Source of the DNA: Wolbachia endosymbiont strain TRS of Brugia malayi
Lineage (GTDB): Bacteria; Pseudomonadota; Alphaproteobacteria; Rickettsiales; Anaplasmataceae
DNA length: 32,000 nucleotides
Direction: 5' to 3'
NCBI RefSeq assembly: GCF_000008385.1
Contig: NC_006833.1
Location: forward strand, 540,001-572,000
Position 1 is the first letter of the stretch. Each line of letters opens with the position of its first letter. A model generated the notes under the pieces. The model made no database searches, was not told the DNA's origin, and saw nothing but the letters and a program-made list of their open reading frames with translations. Position numbers and translations under genes: made by a program. Shown here piece by piece: positions 9,761-20,900 of this stretch.

Positions 9761-10399
9761 GGTCTACAGTATAACTAGAATGATTTTTTAAGGAAAGATA
9801 ATAATGACTCTACTTCAGAAAAATTGAAGAGAAAGTTGACCACTCTTATGAATTGAAGACAATAAAATACTTAAATATTAACATTAATGGACCATATACA
9901 TATTATTAAAGCATAATAATAATTAGTAAGGTAGGCTATGATAGATATTTCTCAAATACAATTTCCTTCAAGAGAGCTTAGTAAACTAAAATCTGTTAAT
10001 TGCTTTGCAATTTTTATTTCTTTAAGCATTTTAGTTAACCCTGCTACTCTTTATTTTCACCTTGCTACCATATTCTTCAGATCTGAAATTAAAACCTTTT
10101 ACACTTATAAAGAAATCAGAACTGCAAAGCAGCACAAAATAAGCAAAAAAAGAGTATTGGAAAATGTTTTTTAAGAACAATACTATAAAATAGCAGCTTC
10201 TCCCTTGCTTGCTGCTTTTTTGATCTACCTGACTTTCACCCACCACTTTCTTATTGATCCCGTTACTGGAAACAACACCACCTACAATGCCATTAACTTT
10301 ATTGCAGAGTGAACTCAGACAAAAAGATTCTAATTCTATTATGTTATTTAAAATTTCTATGAATTTCTTTTTAGAGAGTATAAAGGAAAATTTACAGGC

Positions 10400-11720
10400 A
10401 TGATCAATAGTTTTGATGCTGATCTCGAACACTTGCTTCCTCATCAGTTAAATGATGGTATTCACTACAATATCAACAAGCTAAGAAGTAAGTACGGTAA
10501 TAAAGTATCAGAAGATGTTATTAATGATGGTGAATTTAAGCAGCTTGTTAAATATATAAATGATTCATATTAACTTAACCTAATAATCGTCAATTTAGTA
10601 ATGGAGACAAAGGAAGGTGATTGGGATTTTTAAATGACTTCTGCGAAAATGATCAAAAACATAGCTCTGGCTTTACAGGTGGGTAAATTTTACTTTTAGT
10701 TTTGAGAGCCTGCAATGATGGAGGCATAGAAGGTGTAAAAAATAAAAAAGACACATTAATTATAAATCTGCTGATAGTCAAACCTTCTCTAGAAAAGAAC
10801 GAATTCCTAACACCTACTTCACCGGTGTTGTCTACAGAATGTTGAGTACACTAGAGGGTATTTATCCAGATCTAGAAACTAGATTTACTGTTCCACATCA
10901 AATATCAACTTTAGAGCAGAAAATGAAGCGCATAAGTTCATGTTAGATATGCTAAAGAACAAGAAAAAAACGACAAAAAAATCTTTAATGCTTGGCATAA
11001 GATTCAGGACAACCCAGATGATAATGAAAGTCAAAAAGTAGTTGATGATTTTACCTCAGAAGTAAGTATTCCTTTAATGAGAAAGTTATTGAGTTTTACT
11101 TCTCAATAGTGAATAAGTTATGCTGATGTTAATGAAAAATATTAACTCTATAAATTTAAATAAATTATGATGTTTTGAGCTAGGTTAGCACATAAAAAAT
11201 GAATCGAATAAGTATAGCTTAGATGACTAAGGAAGTTTACTTGAAAGCATAAAAAAAAAGTATTCTTGGAACTATTAAACCGAGATTTGCTTAAGGCAGA
11301 TTTTTCTCTCAAAGGTTCATCTTTAAATGAAGCTAAGAAAGTAGCTGACACAATAACAGAGAAAGAGGTTAAGGCATTTAAACTGAAAGCTGAAAAAGCC
11401 AGTAAAGTTAACCCCATTGAAGTTCAAGTAGATACTACACTGCAAAATCTTGCAAAAAAATCGCTAAAAGAAAAGTGCTGCCTCGCGTATAAACATCTTA
11501 GCAATAAATATCAAGGTAATAAAAAAAGGAAATGATAGAAATTTTACTTAAAAAACTAGAAATAACAAAGGAACAAATGAAGTCTCTATTAGAAGAGAAT
11601 AATATACGCAAGCTAAAATTAGCACTTGATAATATATGCAGAAGAAGCGGAAAAAATATGGAGGAACGATAAAAGAAGCAGAAGAAATAGTCGCAAAAGT
11701 CGTTTCTCGCATGAAGTATC
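10400..11720 (+). pseudogene. Decayed protein-coding remnant(s) in several frames, family unknown
   Basis: Successive coding-like fragments: MINSFDADLEHLLPHQLNDGIHYNINKLRSKYGNKVSEDVINDGEFKQLVKYINDSY* (10400..10573), NTYFTGVVYRMLSTLEGIYPDLETRFTVPHQISTLEQKMKRISSC*, KKIFNAWHKIQDNPDDNESQKVVDDFTSEVSIPLMRKLLSFTSQ*, then NRDLLKADFSLKGSSLNEAKKVADTITEKEVKAF... (11266..11535), then LEITKEQMKSLLEENNIRKLKLALDNICRRSGKNMEER*. Confidence 0.5.
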
Positions 11721-11760
11721 TGCTAGTAATGCAGCAGAAGGGACTGGGATGGGACGTAGC

Positions 11761-12345
11761 TTATGAAAATTTACGTTCCCTACCTTGTAGAAGATTCACT
11801 ATATTTCTATAGTGTTTAAAAAAAATTAATATTGCTACAGTTAATAGCGTAAAAAATAAGTCTCTTTGAAAAAAGAAAGATGATAATACGGCAGCTATAG
11901 TAGAAGTCAAAGAAGCAAGAGAGGAGTATCGAAAAGCAAAAAATACTGCTAACCAAACAAATACAAATGCTAATACTAAAGAGATATTAAGCGCTATCAA
12001 AATTCCTAAAGTTGTTGCAACTCCCTTTCCTCCACTAAACTTCAGCCATACAGGAAACATATGTCCTAAAACTACTAAAATTGCAGATGCATACATGTGA
12101 AAACTACCATCATCGAAAAATTGTTTTGCTATATAAACCGCAATAAACCCTTTTAAAGAATCCAGAAGTAATGCTAAAGCAGCAATACATTTACTTCCTG
12201 TTCTTGCAACATTTGTAGCACCAATGTTCCCTGAACCTACTTCTCTTAAATTTATTCCTTTTATTTTCGTAATAACTAAGCTAAATGGTATTGAACCTAA
12301 TATATAGGATAATACAAAAACTATATATTTCTCCATTATATCCAC
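11761..12345 (-). CDS. plsY: Acyl-phosphate:glycerol-3-phosphate acyltransferase
   Basis: YILGSIPFSLVITK, LREVGSGNIGATNVARTG, LGHMFPVWLKFSGGKGVAT motifs. Confidence 0.95.
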   Translation of the reverse strand: MDIMEKYIVFVLSYILGSIPFSLVITKIKGINLREVGSGNIGATNVARTGSKCIAALALLLDSLKGFIAVYIAKQFFDDGSFHMYASAILVVLGHMFPVWLKFSGGKGVATTLGILIALNISLVLAFVFVWLAVFFAFRYSSLASLTSTIAAVLSSFFFQRDLFFTLLTVAILIFFKHYRNIVNLLQGRERKFS

Positions 12346-12354
12346 GCCCTCAGT

Positions 12355-12517
12355 GTCATTCTAGCGTGTGACATATAACTGTACAATATTGTGACTTGAG
12401 AATAGTCTTTACCAAGAAAGGTATTACCCCAGTGCTCAGACACTGTAACTTAATTGTAAATAAGTACACCAGAGAGTTATATAAGAGCTGGATTCTAGTG
12501 TCATGCACTGGAACGAC
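12355..12517. repeat. Degraded small interspersed repeat with inverted palindromic ends
   Basis: Left end gtcattctagcgtgtgacat; right end gattctagtgtcatgcactggaacgac (reverse complement gtcgttccagtgcatgacactagaatc). Confidence 0.55.
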
Positions 12518-12575
12518 GTCAAAGATTAGTATCCTCATTTATTTTTTTTCGTTTAACTGACATTTGCACTAGAAC

Positions 12576-14042
12576 CTAATTGATTTTATTATTTCTTAGC
12601 CTTTTCGAATAGCACTGAACTTCATCGTTAATTTGACTGCTAAATAGTATAAGCGCTGTCATATTAATAAGGGCCAAACAAGAGAATAAAGTTCCACCAA
12701 TATTAGCAATAGCCATTATATCTTTAGACAAACCTGAGAAAAATGCAACCACTACTACCGCTATGCGATATATTACAATACTTTTTGCACCAAATAAATA
12801 TAGCCATCCCATTTCACAACAATATACAAACGAGATTACCGAAGAAAACGCAAACAAAGGTGCAGCTATAATTAAAAATATAGGAAACCAAGAAGAAACT
12901 GTCTCAAAAGCTTTTTGGGTAACCAATATTCCTTCGCCAATGCCAGTCTGGTACGCACCTGTTATCACTATTGTTATTCCTGTTAAACAACAAATTAACA
13001 TTGTATCAAAGCATGGCTCTATCATCGCAACTAGTCCAGTTCTAACTGGTTCCTCATCTTTAGCTACTGCGTGAGTAATTGAAGCAGAGCCAACACCTGC
13101 TTCACTGGCAAAAATAGCCCTTTGAATTCCAGCAACAAATGCCCCTACTACTCCTCCACCAACAGCATTGAAGTCTATCATATTAGAAAATAATATTTTA
13201 AATACATTACTAAAATTGTGAATATTAAACGTAATTATTGTAATACAACTAAAAATATATATGAGTGACATAACAGGTACTAGCGCGGAAGATACTCTCG
13301 CTATCCTTCTAATTCCCCCGATAATCACTAGAGCAAGCAATGCAGAGATTATAGAAGACAGAAACCAAGGATGACTATCCACCCAATTTGAATAGCCAGA
13401 TAATATTGAAACCATTTGATTAGTTTGAAATGCTACACTTCCCCCCAAACCTGATAATACAAAAAATACCGCATATACTGCAGCTAAGATAATACCAAGT
13501 TTCTTAAACCCAAATTCCTCCAGCCCATTTCTTATGTATTGAAATGGACCACTAAACAATTGTTCCTGACCTTCTGTTCTGTGCCTGAATGCTAAAGTCA
13601 CTTCAGCGAATTTTGCTGACATACCAAAAAAGCCTGTAATCATCATCCAAGGTATTGCTCCTGGCCCTCCCATTGAAACTGCAATTGCAACACCAGCAAC
13701 AGTTCCAAGGCCTACTGTGCTTGAAAGTGCAATTACAAATGCCTGAAAATGCGTAATGTGGCCATCGTGATGATCCGTATCATATTTTCCACACAAAATA
13801 GTAAACGCATGTTTAAACATCCTTATGTTGAGAAATTTAAAACGTAATGTTAGAAAGATATAACCAAAAGCCACTAAAAGAATTATAAATGGCACGTAGA
13901 AAATCTTGAAAAACAACACTTCATTCATGAAGTTATTTATTCCACTTAACATAGCGTCATAGCTCTCATAAAAATCTGAAGCAGCGTACACATTATTAAA
14001 CAATAGGCAAAATAATACTATATAAAGCAACCTATAAATCAT
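12576..14042 (-). CDS. Sodium:alanine symporter family (AGCS) amino-acid carrier
   Basis: FQAFVIALSSTVGLGTVAGVAIAVSMGGPGAIPWMMITGFFGMSAKFAEVTLAFRHR, then GGGVVGAFVAGIQRAIFASEAGVGSASITHAVAKDEEPVRTGLVAMIEPCFDT. Confidence 0.95.
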   Translation of the reverse strand: MIYRLLYIVLFCLLFNNVYAASDFYESYDAMLSGINNFMNEVLFFKIFYVPFIILLVAFGYIFLTLRFKFLNIRMFKHAFTILCGKYDTDHHDGHITHFQAFVIALSSTVGLGTVAGVAIAVSMGGPGAIPWMMITGFFGMSAKFAEVTLAFRHRTEGQEQLFSGPFQYIRNGLEEFGFKKLGIILAAVYAVFFVLSGLGGSVAFQTNQMVSILSGYSNWVDSHPWFLSSIISALLALVIIGGIRRIARVSSALVPVMSLIYIFSCITIITFNIHNFSNVFKILFSNMIDFNAVGGGVVGAFVAGIQRAIFASEAGVGSASITHAVAKDEEPVRTGLVAMIEPCFDTMLICCLTGITIVITGAYQTGIGEGILVTQKAFETVSSWFPIFLIIAAPLFAFSSVISFVYCCEMGWLYLFGAKSIVIYRIAVVVVAFFSGLSKDIMAIANIGGTLFSCLALINMTALILFSSQINDEVQCYSKRLRNNKIN

Positions 14043-14044
14043 CT

Positions 14045-15320
14045 CTAATACCCTCTAGAATTGTAATAAGAATCTATTGTATTTAAGACTTCCCTTCTCA
14101 GTAGATATATCGTAACAGCGCTTGGAACCATAAGGCACATAAACAAACCGTCGCCTAGATAAGATATAAATTCTATATTTTTTGACATACAACCAATATA
14201 CACCGAAACCGCTATAAGAACTTGGAACAATATCAGTACTTTTTTGTTACCAAATAAGTACAACAAGAGCAACTTCTCAGTAGTAATAATAAGTTATTAT
14301 TGTATAAAGTGCAAAGGAAAACATTATTAGCGGAAAAACTAGCTTGCTGAATAAAGGCAAGGCTGTTGAAAATGCTGAGCTAACTAATGTAATACATCTA
14401 TGTTGTTAGTACTATGTATACCAGCGATAACTATATAATATCAGTCAAAAATGAGATTAATATTATGCCTACAAGTGGTGCAATATTGCAACACTCCCAA
14501 CTTTAATTGGATCTTCTTCTTTTACAGCTGAATACACTATAGCTGCTGTTCCTGTACTGCCTCGTTAGCAAAAAACGATCTTCTCACTTTTCAGCTATTA
14601 ACCTACTCAGTACCCCACCTCCTGTAGCTGATTTACAGCAGATTATTTCCATCTACACAGATTGATATACATATATGCTTACATATAACACTATCAAAAT
14701 CGGCGCTAAACCTGTCGCAACGAAAGCAATGCATTTTATTCTTCTCTTAGTATTACAATTAAAATAAGCAGTGATATAATGATAGATGCGTTGTATTTGA
14801 AGAGGTTACTTGATAAACGCTGCAATTTAATTCGCCTGAGTGATATGTCACCAAAAATCATTGCAACAAGCGACATAATTGCATAAGCTCATACAAGAAA
14901 TCTACCAGTCTTATAAATCTAATCTTTGCAAGCCCGTACTTCATATAATAAAAAACTCCACCAGTTGGGTTTCAGAGCAATAAGTAAACGCAAGCACTAC
15001 TTCAACAAACTTTATCGACATGTCAAGTATTTTGGTAATTACCATCCAAAAAATTGCACTTGGACCCCACATTGTAGTAGCTATTGCAACCCTGGATACT
15101 GCTCAAAGGCTAACCGTTCCTGAAATTACCGTTGCAAACGCTTGGATATGAGTGATTATGCCGTCGCTATGATTACATTCTAGGTTGAATAGCATTTGTA
15201 TTCCACGCTTGAATAAGTTAAAGTTAGTAAACCTGAACTGAACTGTGCAAAAAAATTCCAGTTGCAATTACCCAAATGATTACAAATGGAACGTAAAATA
15301 TCTTTACATACAGAAATGAA
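14045..15320 (-). pseudogene. Decayed second copy of an AGCS sodium:alanine symporter
   Basis: Reverse-strand fragments align by eye to the intact neighbour: CNHSDGIITHIQAFATVISGTVSL, VAIATTMWGPSAIFWMVITKILDMSIKFVEVVLAF, FFANEA, GTAAIVYSAVKEEDPIKVGSV, and the C-terminal ORF LYLFGNKKVLILFQVLIAVSVYIGCMSK... (14045..14272). Frameshifts and stops separate them. Confidence 0.88.
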
Positions 15321-15378
15321 TTTAATAATTCACTTATTTTCCAGTTATATTGCCACTAATTTTTATTACGATCTATAG

Positions 15379-16149
15379 CTAACAAGTTTTATATGTGTAA
15401 TATATATAAAGCCCGACGCTTATTGGAATAGTAATAGTATACACTACACCCAAAATTGGTAGAGTGATCCATGGCTTACTGACGAAGAATACGATAAATA
15501 CTCCGAAAAGCGATACAAATATATAAGACAGGCTCCTGGGAATATAAATGTACTTTGCAGAGAAAGTTGGAATATGACTGACTGAAAAAAATGAAATAGT
15601 TAAAAAGTAACAAGCCGTATTTCTTACGTTAAAAAATCGTTCTATAAGAAGTAAATATTCACTTTCCTGAGAATGAAAGGTAACAATTATTGGCAACAAA
15701 GAAAGCAGAGCACATATTGGTGCTGGAACTCCAGAAAAGAAAAATTTTTCCCAGTCAAGTTGTTCTACGTTTAACGACACATTAAACCTAGCAAGCCTTA
15801 TTGAGATGCAAATTACGTATATCATTACTAATATCCACCCTACAACTTTAATTTCTTTTAACTTCCAAAAATATAAAAGAAATGCAGGTGCTGCACCAAA
15901 ATTTAGAAAATCCGCAAAAGAATCAAGCTGCGCTCCAAAATCACTAGTTGATCTTAGAATTCTGGCTATTCTGCCATCCATCCCATCTATAATTGCTGCA
16001 ATGATAATGAAAATCACTGCAAATTCCCACTGTTCATTAAATGTAAACTTAAGTGAAGTAAGACCAGAGCACAAACCCAATAAAGTTATAAAATTTGGGA
16101 ACAACTTAGCAATAGGTAGAGATCTACTGTTACTGCTATTGTTATTCAT
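15379..16149 (-). CDS. pssA: CDP-diacylglycerol--serine O-phosphatidyltransferase
   Basis: [40 protein letters not shown]-alcohol phosphatidyltransferase motif DGx2ARx8Gx3Dx3D. Confidence 0.95.
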   Translation of the reverse strand: MNNNSSNSRSLPIAKLFPNFITLLGLCSGLTSLKFTFNEQWEFAVIFIIIAAIIDGMDGRIARILRSTSDFGAQLDSFADFLNFGAAPAFLLYFWKLKEIKVVGWILVMIYVICISIRLARFNVSLNVEQLDWEKFFFSGVPAPICALLSLLPIIVTFHSQESEYLLLIERFFNVRNTACYFLTISFFSVSHIPTFSAKYIYIPRSLSYIFVSLFGVFIVFFVSKPWITLPILGVVYTITIPISVGLYIYYTYKTC

Positions 16150-16838
16150 ACAAGGTCAAAAGTAAGCTTTTCTTGAGTATTTTCCTTATTCAAGTTTGCT
16201 ATAATTGTTTCACCACCAACAACAGTTTGCCCTTCTGAAACCCTTATTTCTACATCAGTAGGAACATAAATGTTCACTCTACTGCCAAATCTTATAATTC
16301 CAAATCTCTCACCTGCTTTGACGCTCTGAGATACTCTTAAATTACAAACGATACGACGTGCAATTAATCCAGCTATTTGTTCTACAATAATCTCTTTTCC
16401 CTTTGTGTATTCAATCACAATAACCTGCTTTTCATTTTCATTGCTAGATCTATCGCTCATTGCAGATACAAACTTACCTTTTTTATAGTGCATTTCTTTC
16501 ACTGTACCGGATATTGGTATACGATTCACATGCACGTTCAAAACACTCAAGAATATGCTAACAAGTGTAAATTTCTTCTCCTCTCCATTGTTTGTTGATA
16601 AAGGGTAACTAACTTCTTCAATTTTTGAAATTACACCATCGGCAGGACTTAGTACAAGATCCTTATTGCCTGGTATAATTCTTGCTGGGTCACGAAAGAA
16701 ATAAGTGCACAATAATGTTGGAAACAAACATGTAACACCAAATCCCCAAGATATAGAGAATGCTATGCACGTCACTATAAAAGAAACTACTATAAACAAA
16801 TAACCCTCCTTGTTTATACTAGGTAAACTAAAACACAT
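16146..16838 (-). CDS. psd: Phosphatidylserine decarboxylase
   Basis: [44 protein letters not shown], and C-terminal [11 protein letters not shown] (GS cleavage motif). Overlaps pssA by 4 nt. Confidence 0.95.
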   Translation of the reverse strand: MCFSLPSINKEGYLFIVVSFIVTCIAFSISWGFGVTCLFPTLLCTYFFRDPARIIPGNKDLVLSPADGVISKIEEVSYPLSTNNGEEKKFTLVSIFLSVLNVHVNRIPISGTVKEMHYKKGKFVSAMSDRSSNENEKQVIVIEYTKGKEIIVEQIAGLIARRIVCNLRVSQSVKAGERFGIIRFGSRVNIYVPTDVEIRVSEGQTVVGGETIIANLNKENTQEKLTFDLV

Positions 16839-17079
16839 AACCTTATTGACAATAATCTGTTATTAACAACTTATCATCTATCACTCTTCATGAAAAGCTT
16901 TTTTTTAAGTACGTGCTGCTTCAACAAAATCCTTCTGATAAAAGGTAACATCACAAATTACCATAATTATAGCTAAAAGATTTAATAAATTATTATTCCA
17001 TAATGGAATTATACTGAAACCGCAGTAGTACGACAAATGTACAATACAACAACCCACCCAACACAAATTTTAGTTAAAG

Positions 17080-18147
17080 TTAGAAAACTGCTTCTTCTAA
17101 AAGCTGCCTGCTTTCCTCTTCCATTGTAATAGAATTATCACTATTTCCAAGTAAATCTCTGATTTTTGCTTCTACTTCATTCGCAACTTCCTTGTTTGCT
17201 TTGAAATAGTTTTTCACATTCTCTCTTCCTTGTCCAAGGCGTGTATTGTTATACGAATAATAAGCACCCGCTTTTTCAAGGACACCAAGTTTTGCTCCTA
17301 TATCTATTATTTCTCCAAGCTTCGATACACCCTCATTGTACATTATATCAAATTTTGCTTCTCTAAACGGAGGAGCAACTTTATTTTTTACAACTTTAAC
17401 TCTTGTTTCATTGCCTTTAATACTCTCTTTATCTTTTATTGCACCAACTTTTCTTATATCAAGTCTTACAGAAGTATAGAATTTTAATGCATTTCCACCC
17501 GTAGTAGTTTCAGGGTTTCCATATACTACCCCTATTTTCATACGAATTTGATTGATAAATATCAATATACAGTTCGCTTTTGAAACCGCGGAGGTAAGTT
17601 TTCGCAGTCCATGACTTAAAAGCCTTGCTTGTAATCCCACGTGCTGATCACCCATATCTCCTTCAATTTCAGCTCTTGGAGTTAATGCTGCAACAGAGTC
17701 AACGACTATCACATCAACTGCACTAGAACATACTAAATACTCAACGATATGCAAAGCCTGCTCTCCAGTATCCGGTTGTGAGATCACTAAGTTATCGGTG
17801 TTTACTCCAAGTTTACGAGCATACATGACATCCAATGCATGTTCTGCATCGATAAATGCACACAGTCCTCCTTTTTTCTGTGCTTCAGCAATTACATGCA
17901 AAGCAAGAGTAGTCTTACCAGAGCTTTCTGGACCAAATATTTCAACTATACGTCCTTTGGGCAATCCCCCAACACCTAGGGCTGAATCAAGTGCAATTGA
18001 TCCTGTAGATATTGTATCTATTTTCTCTACAGGGTTTTGCTTTAGCTTCATTATTGCACCTTTACCGAATGCTTTTTCAATCTGGCTTATTGCATTATCT
18101 AGCGCTTTTTGTCTATCATTACTTTTTTCTTCTGGGTTGCTTGCCAT
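17080..18147 (-). CDS. recA: Recombinase A
   Basis: [20 protein letters not shown] Walker [41 protein letters not shown]. Confidence 0.99.
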   Translation of the reverse strand: MASNPEEKSNDRQKALDNAISQIEKAFGKGAIMKLKQNPVEKIDTISTGSIALDSALGVGGLPKGRIVEIFGPESSGKTTLALHVIAEAQKKGGLCAFIDAEHALDVMYARKLGVNTDNLVISQPDTGEQALHIVEYLVCSSAVDVIVVDSVAALTPRAEIEGDMGDQHVGLQARLLSHGLRKLTSAVSKANCILIFINQIRMKIGVVYGNPETTTGGNALKFYTSVRLDIRKVGAIKDKESIKGNETRVKVVKNKVAPPFREAKFDIMYNEGVSKLGEIIDIGAKLGVLEKAGAYYSYNNTRLGQGRENVKNYFKANKEVANEVEAKIRDLLGNSDNSITMEEESRQLLEEAVF

Positions 18148-18366
18148 AGATTACTTATGAATTTGTATAATTTCTATGATAATCAAACGTGAACAACCTG
18201 CCAAGGCTTTTTTAGGCTCATATATTATTTAGCGAAAAAATTAATATTTTGAGGAGATAAGCCATATGATTTAAAAGATATGGTACATACTGTTTCAAAT
18301 GCAGAACCTTGTAGTCCAATTGACTTTATTAATTATACACCAAATTATGTTAAGATAGAAAATTAG

Positions 18367-19116
18367 ATGGACTTTGCAGTGCGATACAAAATAACGATAG
18401 AATACAACGGCAGTAGTTTTTCTGGTTGGCAGAAGCAGCAACATTCTGCTAACTCAATTCAAGAGACCATAGAAAATGCCATATTTAATTTCAGCGGTGA
18501 GAAAGTTACTCTCCACTGTGGCGGCAGAACCGACGCAGGGGTTCATGCTTTAGGACAAGTTGCTCATTTCGATATGGAAAGAAAATTTGAGCTTTATAAA
18601 ATAAGAAACGCCATAAATTATCACTTAAAATCAATTCCTATAGTTGTACTGAATGCAGAAACTGTAGATAATACATTTCACTCACGATTTTCAGCAAAAA
18701 AAAGATACTACGAATATAGAATAATTAATCGCTACGCTCCTGCAGCTTTGGAAGCTGGTTACGCGTGGCAAGTGTTTAATCCACTTGATGTAAACATTAT
18801 GCGTGAAGCTGCTAAATATCTGCTTGGAAAGCATAATCTTTTAAGTTTCCGCTCAAAAGATTGCCAAGCTACAAATCCGATAAGAACAATTGATGATATC
18901 GATATAGTACAAAACGGGAGTCACATATACATTAAAATATCTGCTATTTCTTTTTTACATAACCAAGTGAGGATCATTGTAGGTACTTTAGTTGAATTTG
19001 GAAAAAGTAGAACTAATCCACAAAAAATGCTGAATATATTAAACCAATGCAAAAGAAACGCTGCTGGAGTTACTGCACCGCCTTTTGGTTTATATTTGGC
19101 AAAGATAGATTACTAA
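18367..19116 (+). CDS. truA: tRNA pseudouridine(38-40) synthase
   Basis: IEYNGSSFSGWQKQ, GRTDAGVHALGQVAHF, SFLHNQVRIIVGTLVEFG. Confidence 0.97.
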   Translation: MDFAVRYKITIEYNGSSFSGWQKQQHSANSIQETIENAIFNFSGEKVTLHCGGRTDAGVHALGQVAHFDMERKFELYKIRNAINYHLKSIPIVVLNAETVDNTFHSRFSAKKRYYEYRIINRYAPAALEAGYAWQVFNPLDVNIMREAAKYLLGKHNLLSFRSKDCQATNPIRTIDDIDIVQNGSHIYIKISAISFLHNQVRIIVGTLVEFGKSRTNPQKMLNILNQCKRNAAGVTAPPFGLYLAKIDY

Positions 19117-19125
19117 TTAATAGCC

Positions 19126-20307
19126 TTAAGTTCTTACTGGCATCACTATATATAATACATTCGGATCATTCTCATCAGTAATAACCGTAGCACTACTACT
19201 ATCTGATAAGCTAAACTTACATTTGCTCTTTATACAGGATAAAGCATCAAGCAAATAACGTGAATTAAAACCTATTTCTATAGGTGCTCCATTGTAATCC
19301 ACCTCTATAAATTCAGTTGCATCACTGCATTCTTGAGAGTTTGAGTGTAGAGTTAATGATTTTTCTTGCAATGAAAATTCAATAGATTTTATTCTATCAG
19401 ATACAACAACGGAAACTCGATCTATAACGCTAGCAAGTTTGCTACTCTCAACGACCATTTGTTTATCTTGAGATGCTGGAATAACGCATTTGTAATCTGG
19501 AAAAGCCCCATCTATTAATTTTGATATTATAATATACTTACCACATGTAAATTTGATCTTCCTGTCTGAAAGTTTTATATTAATTTCATCACAATCATCT
19601 AGTACTTTTAATAGCTCTATCACAGTTTTGCGCGGTATGATTACACCAAATTCGCTATTGATATTTTGAGGCTTTGGCTTTTTTACACATGATAAACGGT
19701 GACCATCAGTTGCAACACAATATAAAAACTGCTCATCTGTATGTAGATATATCCCATTCAAATTATATCTTGTATCATCTAGCGATACAGCAAATTTTGT
19801 TTTATTTAATAAGTCTATCAAGTCTGTATTCAGTAGAGTAAAATCATACTTATGATCACCTTCTTCAAGAACAGGAAGCTTGTTTAAGACTACATTTGGT
19901 AAAGAAAAATTTGCATTTCCATAAGATATTAATAATTTCCCTTGATCGTTTACCTCAAAATTGACATCCAAATCAGCTGGCAACTTCTTCACTATATCGT
20001 GTAAAGTATGTGCTGAAACTTTTACTTCTCCTTCTGTTAACACATCTGCAGCAAGTGAAGCAAATATTGAAATATCAAGATCAGTAGCCATTAATTTTAT
20101 GCTGCCATGTTGTGCTTTAATATTTATACACGCCAAGATATCTATTGCATTACGCCTTTCGACCACTCCACTTACTCTGGACAGCGTACTTAAAAGACTC
20201 GTACGGCCTATGCGAAAACGCATTTGCTCACATACAGAACTTTGTTTTTTGATTTCTACATCTATACCCACAACTCTGACATTATCTATTCTTAAAAAAT
20301 ATTTCAA
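19126..20307 (-). CDS. dnaN: DNA polymerase III beta sliding clamp
   Basis: RNTIPILxNIxI-like architecture, LLATDLDISI, YLYCVATDGHRLS region, C-terminal LYIVMPVR. Confidence 0.96.
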   Translation of the reverse strand: MKYFLRIDNVRVVGIDVEIKKQSSVCEQMRFRIGRTSLLSTLSRVSGVVERRNAIDILACINIKAQHGSIKLMATDLDISIFASLAADVLTEGEVKVSAHTLHDIVKKLPADLDVNFEVNDQGKLLISYGNANFSLPNVVLNKLPVLEEGDHKYDFTLLNTDLIDLLNKTKFAVSLDDTRYNLNGIYLHTDEQFLYCVATDGHRLSCVKKPKPQNINSEFGVIIPRKTVIELLKVLDDCDEINIKLSDRKIKFTCGKYIIISKLIDGAFPDYKCVIPASQDKQMVVESSKLASVIDRVSVVVSDRIKSIEFSLQEKSLTLHSNSQECSDATEFIEVDYNGAPIEIGFNSRYLLDALSCIKSKCKFSLSDSSSATVITDENDPNVLYIVMPVRT

Positions 20308-20402
20308 ATGATATCCACATTCTACGTAAAGTAAAGTGCTTATTTATATTTTTACCGGAAGAGTGTTTTTTATACTATGGTTTAGCCTGAGATTATAACA
20401 GT

Positions 20403-20900
20403 TCACTTTACGTAGCATAAATCATGCATTTTTTGATATGCCTTTTGAAACCCAAGTAGGGAATAAGTATCATCAATGGTTGTCGCTTTTATTCTTCCAC
20501 TAACCACCATTGATAATCCCTGCTTCATTTTTAGAATTAGATCTCGATCTGTTTTTGTATGCTCTGTCCACGCAAGATCTCCTTGTATTATGTATAATGC
20601 ATATTTTATTTTTTTATCGATATTGAGAACTATAGGCTCCTTATCATACTGAAAACCAGAAGTAACACTTACCTCATCTGCTTTTTTATCGACATAACTG
20701 ACCATTACATATGGCTTGCGGTTGGTTGTATAATGTTCGCTCTTTTTCTTAGGGTAAGACACGATATAACATACTTTCTCTCCATCTTCCAATGCAGTAT
20801 ACACAAGCCAGTCTCTATATTTTTCCTTCAATTGTACATCACTAACCGATGCAAGAGCACTTACTGAAAAAAATATTAGAAATACAAAAAAACTACGCAT
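20403..20900 (-). CDS. Invasion-associated locus B (IalB)-like exported protein
   Basis: Signal peptide MRSFFVFLIFFSVSALA; RDWLVYTALEDGEKVCYIVSYPKK ... RKPYVMVSY pattern. Confidence 0.7.
   Translation of the reverse strand: MRSFFVFLIFFSVSALASVSDVQLKEKYRDWLVYTALEDGEKVCYIVSYPKKKSEHYTTNRKPYVMVSYVDKKADEVSVTSGFQYDKEPIVLNIDKKIKYALYIIQGDLAWTEHTKTDRDLILKMKQGLSMVVSGRIKATTIDDTYSLLGFQKAYQKMHDLCYVK

Noticed and set aside
10031-10444. 137-aa minus-strand ORF
   Set aside because: Low-complexity, no recognised domain, and it overlaps the start of the plus-strand remnant; not supported strongly enough to call a gene.
12356-12538. 60-aa ORF MRILIFDVVPVHDTRI...
   Set aside because: Lies entirely in the degraded repeat upstream of plsY; typical spurious repeat ORF.
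14926-15123. Plus-strand 65-aa Cys-rich ORF (CTWTPHCSSYCNPGYC)
   Set aside because: It is antisense to the decayed AGCS symporter (reverse strand reads MWGPSAIFWMVITKILDMSIKF). The cysteine pattern is an artefact, not a peptide gene.
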